This document shows positions 1 through 5,125 of a stretch of DNA of 5,125 nucleotides, one piece after another. The stretch covers positions 1 to 5,125 of the forward strand of contig JAQTTP010000016.1 in assembly GCA_028710695.1 (NCBI GenBank), given 5' to 3'. The notes under the pieces are model-generated. The model was not told where the DNA came from. It saw nothing but the letters and a program-made list of their open reading frames with translations, and did no database searches. The stretch's first letter is position 1. Every line of letters starts with the position of its first letter. The stretch is from Candidatus Iainarchaeum sp. (GTDB lineage Archaea; Iainarchaeota; Iainarchaeia; Iainarchaeales; 0-14-0-20-30-16). The position numbers and the translations under genes were made by a program.

Positions 1-133
1 ATCCGCTCGATTTAAAAGCATCGCTCAGTATTTTCTCCAGAGTACCTACGCCCAAACCTGCCGCACCGCCAATCAAAATAGAGATACTAACTTGATGAGT
101 ACTTTCTGAAAAATCTTTTTCAAATCTTTTCAT
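1..133 (-). CDS. 2-oxoacid:ferredoxin/acceptor oxidoreductase subunit alpha-like protein, N-terminus only (runs off left edge)
   Basis: Not in the ORF track. The reverse complement from 133 reads MKRFEKDFSESTHQVSISILIGGAAGLGVGTLEKILSDAFKSSG and is open to the edge. IGGAAGxGVxTxEKIL is typical of the gamma-domain start of 2-oxoacid:ferredoxin oxidoreductases. An AAGGA-like RBS lies upstream, 18 nt after the SOD ORF. Confidence 0.75.
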   Translation of the reverse strand, partial: MKRFEKDFSESTHQVSISILIGGAAGLGVGTLEKILSDAFKSSG

Positions 134-151
134 AAAGATATCCTTGTTTGA

Positions 152-832
152 CTACGACTGCGTACGCTCGTATTCTTGCATAACATCAACATAGTCACAC
201 ACTTCATTGTTATCATTGCATGGCTGCGCGTAGCCGGAGATTGGGTCTTGTTGTGCATCAGCAAGATTATCTGAGACAAATCTCCAGTTGATAAGTCTCC
301 ACCAGCCTTCAAGATAATCAGCTCTACCGTTACGATAATCTATGTAATATGCATGTTCCCAGACATCACAGGTAAGTAATGGTATTTCATCATGACATAG
401 CGGATTATCTGCGTTTGAGTACTCTGCGATGGCAAGATTTCCATCTTTATTCAGAACAAGCCAGACCCATCCTGAGCCAAAAAGAGCCATTGCTTTGGCT
501 AAAAAAAGTTTTTTAAACTCCTCCTCTGAACCAAACGCAGCAATAATCCTATCAGAAAGTTCTACCGAACAAGTCGTAGAATTCCCGGAGAGTCCATTCC
601 AGTAGAAGTCATGGTTAAATACCTGTGCAGAATTATTGAAGATAGCGCCAGCGGAGTTTTTGATGATATATTCTAGCTCTTTATCTTCAAACTCACTGCC
701 TTGGATAAGTGTATTGAGTTTATTGACATAAGTCGCATGATGTTTACCATGATGGTAAGCTATTGTTTCAGACGAAATATAAGGTTCTAATGCTCTATCT
801 TTAAAAGGCAGCGACATGAGTTCAAGTTTCAT
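152..832 (-). CDS. sodB: Superoxide dismutase [Fe/Mn family]
   Basis: 226 aa with family motifs: HHGKHHATYVNKLN, FNHDFYWNGLS, LFGSGWVWLVLNKDG, DVWEHAYYIDYRNGRADYLEGWW. AAGGAG ribosome-binding site 7 nt before the ATG. Confidence 0.95.
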   Translation of the reverse strand: MKLELMSLPFKDRALEPYISSETIAYHHGKHHATYVNKLNTLIQGSEFEDKELEYIIKNSAGAIFNNSAQVFNHDFYWNGLSGNSTTCSVELSDRIIAAFGSEEEFKKLFLAKAMALFGSGWVWLVLNKDGNLAIAEYSNADNPLCHDEIPLLTCDVWEHAYYIDYRNGRADYLEGWWRLINWRFVSDNLADAQQDPISGYAQPCNDNNEVCDYVDVMQEYERTQS

Positions 833-944
833 TTTCTACTCCTTGATCTATAAGTTAATATTATCATCGTAACGGAAAAAAAATTATGTTTTACAAAAAG
901 AATTGAACTAATTGGAGAAAGTTATATTTTCATAACGCTAAGGA

Positions 945-969
945 TGTCGTCCTGAGGGAAGGACGACAT
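945..969. terminator. Stem-loop between the nifK remnant and sodB, possible terminator
   Basis: Perfect 9-bp stem ATGTCGTCC (945-953) / GGACGACAT (961-969) with a 7-nt loop TGAGGGA. The T-run follows on the + strand; the minus strand lacks a U-tract. Confidence 0.45.
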
Positions 970-995
970 TTTGGGAATAAATGAAGGGTTGATAA

Positions 996-1535
996 TTAAC
1001 GAATAAGGTCGAAAAAGTAGTCAGTTGAAGCGATACCTTTTGTATCTTCATCAAGCTTGTCAAGAACTTTGTTCGTGATCCAAGTAAGCAAATTGAGCGC
1101 TCCATCGTATCCGCTAATACTATAACGGTGTAGGTGGTGACGGTCAAATATTGGGAAACCAATATAGATTAATGGAATATTTGTATCTCTCATGAGCTCT
1201 TTACCGTAGCTGTTTCCAATCATGAAATCAACCGGTTGTGTAAAAAGTAATGAACGCATGTGCCATAAATCTTTACCAGCCCATACATGACAATCAGAGC
1301 ACGCAGGAGAAGTATCAAGCATTGCTCTCATCTCATCTTCCCAACCACGAGCTGGATTGTTACAAAGTACATGAGTCGGTTCAGCACCCATCTCTAGTAA
1401 GAATGAAACCATTCCTATTAAAAAGTCAGGGTCACCCCAGATTGCAAACTTTTTACCATGCATATATGGATAAGAATCTTGCATAGCATCTACTAAACGA
1501 CCACGTTCAGTTTTAAGTTTTTGTGGAACTTCAAC
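996..1535 (-). pseudogene. nifK: Nitrogenase molybdenum-iron protein beta chain, C-terminal fragment (5'-truncated nifK)
   Basis: Continuous frame VEVPQKLKTERGRLVDAMQDSYPYMHGKKFAIWGDPDFLIG...GKDLWHMRSLLF..PVDFMIGNSYGKELMRDT..IPLIYIGFPIFDRHHLHRYSISGYDGALNLLTWITNKVLDKLDEDTKG...TDYFFDLIR matches the NifK C-terminus. The homologous reading begins 17 codons before the tracked ATG and is bounded by an in-frame TAA at 1536-1538. The N-terminal roughly two thirds is absent. Confidence 0.88.
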
Positions 1536-1549
1536 TTAACTGTAAACAA

Positions 1550-2005
1550 CTATAATTTAATATACATCCATTCATGCTTCTCAGTAGCATAAGAAAATCC
1601 CATAGACTCATAAAAATCAACTAGTATTTTGTTCTCTTTCCCACCATCTGGATACAAAATAAGATAACTCACCCCAATATGTTCTCTGACTTCGTAGAAT
1701 TTTGATACTGAATATTCAAGTAGCAACTGAGAAACTTTGGAGTTATCAAGATGTTCATATGTGTTTGACCTGTAATCATTATTTACAAAAAGTAAATCTA
1801 TCAAGACCACAGGTTTTTTACTCTTTCCTATCATCACTTCAGAAGCTGATAAGGCTATGTATCCGAGTATTCCTCTGAGGATTGAATTTGTATCTCTGAT
1901 GGAGTAAAGTTTCGTGCTGTTATTTTGAGCCGATGATATTGCCTTGGCTAAAAGTGCTTTTTCTCTTTCTGCTTTTTTTGATGTCGCGGCTAAATTCAAC
2001 AGCAT
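1550..2005 (-). CDS. Probable GNAT-like N-acetyltransferase
   Basis: 151 aa. The pattern VVLIDLLFVNNDYRSNTY...SKVSQLLLEYSVSKFYE...ISYLILYPDG...ILVDFYESMGFSYATEKHEWMYIKL resembles the GNAT core (strand 4/motif A and the FYExxGF C-terminal motif). The canonical Q/RxxGxG/A is poorly conserved. Confidence 0.55.
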   Translation of the reverse strand: MLLNLAATSKKAEREKALLAKAISSAQNNSTKLYSIRDTNSILRGILGYIALSASEVMIGKSKKPVVLIDLLFVNNDYRSNTYEHLDNSKVSQLLLEYSVSKFYEVREHIGVSYLILYPDGGKENKILVDFYESMGFSYATEKHEWMYIKL

Positions 2006-2076
2006 TTAAAAGCGACCTTTTTTCTGATTTTATTTTAGAAGAGGAGTAAGAGTTGAATTTATACGGCATCTAGAGA

Positions 2077-2226
2077 TTAAGCTGCTTCGGTAATAAACTT
2101 CTTAGCTTTTACCCTTGCTACAAGCTCTTTAGGCACCTTTGCATTAAGCATTTTTTTTGCGTCTTCACCTGTCACATGTGGCGGTGATACTTGAATTACT
2201 TTACCGTTTTCATATTTGAAAGCCAT
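2077..2226 (-). CDS. Small conserved-looking 49-aa protein of unknown function
   Basis: Not in the ORF track. The reverse complement reads MAFKYENGKVIQVSPPHVTGEDAKKMLNAKVPKELVARVKAKKFITEAA*, with an AAAGGGG RBS ~7 nt upstream of the ATG (minus-strand AAAGGGGTTACAATG). Confidence 0.6.
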   Translation of the reverse strand: MAFKYENGKVIQVSPPHVTGEDAKKMLNAKVPKELVARVKAKKFITEAA

Positions 2227-2282
2227 TGTAACCCCTTTATTGCAGTTATTTTATGGGTGTATTTTAGCATAATTTGGTTTAT

Positions 2283-2307
2283 GGCGAATTCGCCTATTTT
2301 ATAAAAT
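2283..2307. promoter_or_regulatory. Two adjacent 12-bp perfect palindromes upstream of the 49-aa ORF, possible operator/promoter region
   Basis: GGCGAATTCGCC (2283-2294) and ATTTTATAAAAT (2296-2307). A TAAAAT -10-like element lies between them and the ORF on the minus strand. Confidence 0.3.
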
Positions 2308-2347
2308 GGTGCTGACACATTTTTCTTATTTATAACGAATGTTAAGA

Positions 2348-2373
2348 AACCACAGATGGTTGCGTATGTGGTT
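2348..2373. repeat. Short inverted repeat / hairpin
   Basis: AACCACA (2348-2354) pairs with TGTGGTT (2367-2373), 12-nt loop. Confidence 0.4.
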
Positions 2374-2472
2374 CCTATTTGAGATGATTGAGATATTTGC
2401 TTGCAGGTTAAAATAAAGTGATGGAGACTTAAGCATCAAGGAAAAGGAAATTCCAAATACCTGACCCCCCTT

Positions 2473-2496
2473 TACTTCTTGTTTTGTACTTCTTGT
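2473..2496. repeat. 10-bp direct repeat TACTTCTTGT x2 with 14-nt period
   Basis: TACTTCTTGT at 2473-2482 and again at 2487-2496. Confidence 0.6.
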
Positions 2497-2514
2497 GTAA
2501 AGTTAAGTTGGAAG

Positions 2515-3858
2515 TTAGTTAATAACTTTAATTATCTTCGCCATAATTTTTCCATTGTTTTGATTTTCTTTAAGTTTAAAAAGCACTTGAGTATTTATGT
2601 TTATATTTTCTATAAAATTTATTATGCTTGGTACGCTAAAATAATAATCTTTATTATTAGAATGCATCCATCCATCTTTGCCTCTTTCATTGTCATTAAT
2701 GATTTTTGTAATAGTTCCAGTGAGTACTTCATTAGTAGTTGTTGGAGTTTTATTTGGAACAAAAGAATGCCAATAAGTTTTTAATTCACCTAACAATTTA
2801 GTCATGTCAACCTCTTCATTTTCTACTACAAGAGAGTGCAATTCGCATAGGTCATTATTTGTCACTTGCCAACCATTTTGCTCTTTAATAGTCTTGACTA
2901 ATAAAAGATGTTTGTAAGATAAATCATTTTGTTTTTTAGTTTTTAAAATTTTGGCAATTAAAGAGATAATACCTATTTTCATCTCTATTTTTCCAAAACC
3001 ATTCATGTTAATAGCTTCGATAGCATACTCAAATGATTTTTGAATATCACCTATCTCAAAATAAAGTTCAGCTAATTCTTTTTTGATAAACCACTCTTTT
3101 TTCTTTCTAAATATTTTTTCCAAACCATCTATTGCACCTTGCATGTCTCCAAGAGCTTTTTTAGATAATGCAATTCTTCTTGCAAACCATAAATCATTAT
3201 TGTAATGGAAATTATGAAGTTTTTCTATAGCATTACTTGAAATTTCAAAACACTCTTGATATTTTCCTAGTTCAAGTAATGCTTTTGTTTGATGTTGATA
3301 CCAGTTTTCCTCATCTGATGCCATCTCCTTATTTTGACCTTTTATCTCAATAGTTGAAACATCTTTACTCAATAAATCAGGATTAAAGATATTGCAAAAC
3401 TCATGAATAAATTTATAATCTTGATTTACTTTCTCTTTTTCTGATTTAAAAGTTAGCCTAAAAATATTTGAGATGATGCTATAAGAGTATTGAGATTTTT
3501 TGCCTATTAAGAGAGGGATAATGGTTTGTACGAGGCTTAAAAATTGGTATTTATTGAACTGTTTACTTTGAACATCCTCTTTAAGTTTATCAAATATTGC
3601 CCACCCATAAGCATTAAGAACCATCTCATGAGTATTTTCATTCATCACAATATTGTACATTTCCAAAAATTTCGGTACTGCTTGAGTATTATTGGTTTTT
3701 CTAAGGGCTGTTAAAATAATCGAAACTAAATAGTTATGTTGCGTTATTTGCATCTGGGTAAATGGCTCTTTATTTATTTTAAAAAATTGCAATATCTCTC
3801 CATATTTTTCTGCTTTTTTGAGTGTAACCATCTCTTGTACAAAATTTTGAAAATCCAT
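2515..3858 (-). CDS. TPR-like repeat protein with C-terminal cold-shock/OB-fold-like domain
   Basis: 447 aa. The helical, TPR-like section (about 2998..3303) contains YQHQTKALLELGKYQECFEISSNAIEKL, RRIALSKKALGDMQGAIDGLEKIF and KKELAELYFEIGDIQKSFEYAIEAI. The C-terminus (about 2518..2724), LTGTITKIINDNERGKDGWMHSNNKDYYFSVPSIINFIENININTQVLFKLKENQNNGKIMAKIIKVIN, has a CSD-like layout. AGAGGAA RBS upstream; 9-nt gap to the helicase stop. Confidence 0.8.
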   Translation of the reverse strand: MDFQNFVQEMVTLKKAEKYGEILQFFKINKEPFTQMQITQHNYLVSIILTALRKTNNTQAVPKFLEMYNIVMNENTHEMVLNAYGWAIFDKLKEDVQSKQFNKYQFLSLVQTIIPLLIGKKSQYSYSIISNIFRLTFKSEKEKVNQDYKFIHEFCNIFNPDLLSKDVSTIEIKGQNKEMASDEENWYQHQTKALLELGKYQECFEISSNAIEKLHNFHYNNDLWFARRIALSKKALGDMQGAIDGLEKIFRKKKEWFIKKELAELYFEIGDIQKSFEYAIEAINMNGFGKIEMKIGIISLIAKILKTKKQNDLSYKHLLLVKTIKEQNGWQVTNNDLCELHSLVVENEEVDMTKLLGELKTYWHSFVPNKTPTTTNEVLTGTITKIINDNERGKDGWMHSNNKDYYFSVPSIINFIENININTQVLFKLKENQNNGKIMAKIIKVIN

Positions 3859-3867
3859 AATTCCTCT

Positions 3868-5125
3868 TTATTTCAATAGTGAATATATCTGTTGAACTAG
3901 TGGAAAAGAACTGTCTTTTTGATCTTGAAATTTTGTAAATTGACTCTTTCCATTATAATAAAAATCAAAAATAGCAACATCTCCATTATTCTCAAAAGTA
4001 TATCTCTCCATATAGTTTAGATGTATGATATGGTTGATTTTTATACCATGTGGATGTAATTTGTTTTGTATAAGGTGAAAATATTCTTTTAAAAAAGGTT
4101 GATTAAATTCAAACTCTTTTGGTGTATGACTTTTTTCTAAAAAAATTATTTTATGTACTAAATTTTCTAAGATATTTTTCAGCAATTTAGAGAGTATATT
4201 TGTTTCTATTGGGTCTATTTTTGTAATGATATTATTTCCATTATAATTGATTTTGAGTCTTGAAATTTCACTATTATATTCAAAAGTATAAAGTTCATGA
4301 TAAGAGTTATGCTCAACATTTATAATATTGATACCATTGGCAGTAGCAATACTGTGAATTTCTTGATAGATACTTTCCAAAAATGTGTGTGCAATTTTTT
4401 TAGTAATAATATCCACTTTATTTTCAGTATGAGTTTGGTGTGTATTTTGAGTTGGTGTTGATATTGCTGTACCAACATTTAACTTAAATACGGGTTCGTT
4501 CATAAGATAAAGATTCTGTGTTGTTCTTGTCATGGCAGTATAGAGCCATCTAAAATAGCTTTGAGATAAATAGTTTTGTGGAGTTGCACAATTGAGCAAT
4601 ACATTTTCCCATTCACTTCCTTGTGCTTTATGACAAGTAATTGCATATCCAAATTTAATTTTTAGTCCATTAAAATAAGGGTCGCTTTTAAGAGCATCTT
4701 TAAACTCTTTTGTATGCGGTCTTAACTCTGGATTTCTATATACAAAATCTACATATAATGCTTTATTTTCATCAGAACTCAAGCTTGGCTTATCAGAGTA
4801 AAGAAGATTTTCTATAATTTTGCAACGAATTAAATGGGGAATACCTTTTAAATCTTCAAACAATACTACCACATCTCTAAAAGATAATAGAACATCAATT
4901 ATTTTGCTTTTTGTTACGATGTGTCTTTGTTCTTTGACATATGAAACCTCTTTAACGATACCAAAATCACCATTAGATAAAAAAATTTCGTTTTGTGAGC
5001 TATTAGAGGCTACCATAATTTTATCTTCGGGCATAATATTGTCTTGATTGTTCGGAAAAAAATGTTCTCTGATTTGATCATTATACTCTTTGACAGAATT
5101 GTTTGAATAAGCTATGACAATATTA
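3868..5125 (-). CDS. SF1 (UvrD/RecD-like) DNA helicase, C-terminal part with extension; 5' end outside the window
   Basis: The ORF-track start at 5034 is internal: the frame stays open to the edge (NIVIAYSNNSVKEYNDQIREHFFPNNQDNIMPEDKIMVASNS...LSNGDFGIVKEV). C-terminal SF1 helicase motifs are present: FGYAITCHKAQGSEWENVLLNC (motif V-like) and FRWLYTAMTRTTQNLYLM (motif VI-like, UvrD_C_2 type). Confidence 0.88.
   Translation of the reverse strand, partial: NIVIAYSNNSVKEYNDQIREHFFPNNQDNIMPEDKIMVASNSSQNEIFLSNGDFGIVKEVSYVKEQRHIVTKSKIIDVLLSFRDVVVLFEDLKGIPHLIRCKIIENLLYSDKPSLSSDENKALYVDFVYRNPELRPHTKEFKDALKSDPYFNGLKIKFGYAITCHKAQGSEWENVLLNCATPQNYLSQSYFRWLYTAMTRTTQNLYLMNEPVFKLNVGTAISTPTQNTHQTHTENKVDIITKKIAHTFLESIYQEIHSIATANGINIINVEHNSYHELYTFEYNSEISRLKINYNGNNIITKIDPIETNILSKLLKNILENLVHKIIFLEKSHTPKEFEFNQPFLKEYFHLIQNKLHPHGIKINHIIHLNYMERYTFENNGDVAIFDFYYNGKSQFTKFQDQKDSSFPLVQQIYSLLK

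Noticed and set aside
130-312. 60-aa minus-strand ORF
   Set aside because: Overlaps the 3' end of sodB in another frame with no recognisable motifs; the real downstream gene starts at 133 in a different frame.
938-1162. 74-aa minus-strand ORF overlapping nifK
   Set aside because: Out-of-frame shadow of the well-supported nifK fragment.
1250-1486. 78-aa plus-strand ORF
   Set aside because: Antisense to conserved nifK sequence; most likely spurious.
1527-1549. Integron attC / cassette boundary (GTTAAGT fits the GTTRRRY core)
   Set aside because: Only ~10 nt lie between the GNAT-like stop and the core-like motif. No paired RYYYAAC plus internal L sites forming an attC hairpin could be identified, and no integrase is visible.
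2360-2377. Weak sigma-54-like GG-N10-GC spacing on the minus strand (AGGAACCACATACGCA)
   Set aside because: Only the GG/GC dinucleotides match; the rest of TGGCAC/TTGC is poorly conserved, and no clear NifA-type TGT-N10-ACA site was found beside it.
2479-2784. 101-aa plus-strand ORF
   Set aside because: Low-complexity Phe/Ile-rich translation antisense to the cold-shock-like domain of an AT-rich gene.
4820-5047. 75-aa plus-strand ORF
   Set aside because: Antisense to the conserved helicase region; no family features.
1-5125. CRISPR array, tRNA or rRNA
   Set aside because: No regularly spaced direct repeats with unique spacers and no cloverleaf or rRNA-like stretches were noticed on reading; the only short direct repeat is the pair at 2473-2496.

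Overview
This AT-rich window appears to come from a Campylobacterota-like bacterium (inferred from protein style only). All credible genes are on the minus strand. Reading down in coordinates from the right edge: (i) a partial SF1 UvrD/RecD-type helicase C-terminal region (3868 to the edge) carrying an extension with two similar ~55-aa modules; (ii) 9 nt downstream, a 447-aa TPR-like protein with a C-terminal cold-shock/OB-like domain (2515..3858); (iii) a ~250 bp intergenic stretch with palindromes, a 10-bp direct repeat and a possible remnant of a REP-associated-transposase element end; (iv) an unlisted 49-aa ORF (2077..2226); (v) a 151-aa probable GNAT-family protein (1550..2005); (vi) a 5'-truncated nifK remnant (996..1535) holding only the C-terminal third of the nitrogenase MoFe protein beta chain, with a stop codon directly at the junction; (vii) a hairpin; (viii) an Fe/Mn superoxide dismutase (152..832); (ix) the N-terminal 44 codons of a 2-oxoacid:ferredoxin oxidoreductase alpha-like subunit (left edge to 133). 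The best candidate for an undescribed system is the tightly coupled helicase + TPR/cold-shock-domain pair, which lies in visibly lower-GC DNA beside a broken nitrogenase gene. A defence or nucleic-acid-processing role is only a hypothesis, because the helicase N-terminus and upstream genes are outside the window.
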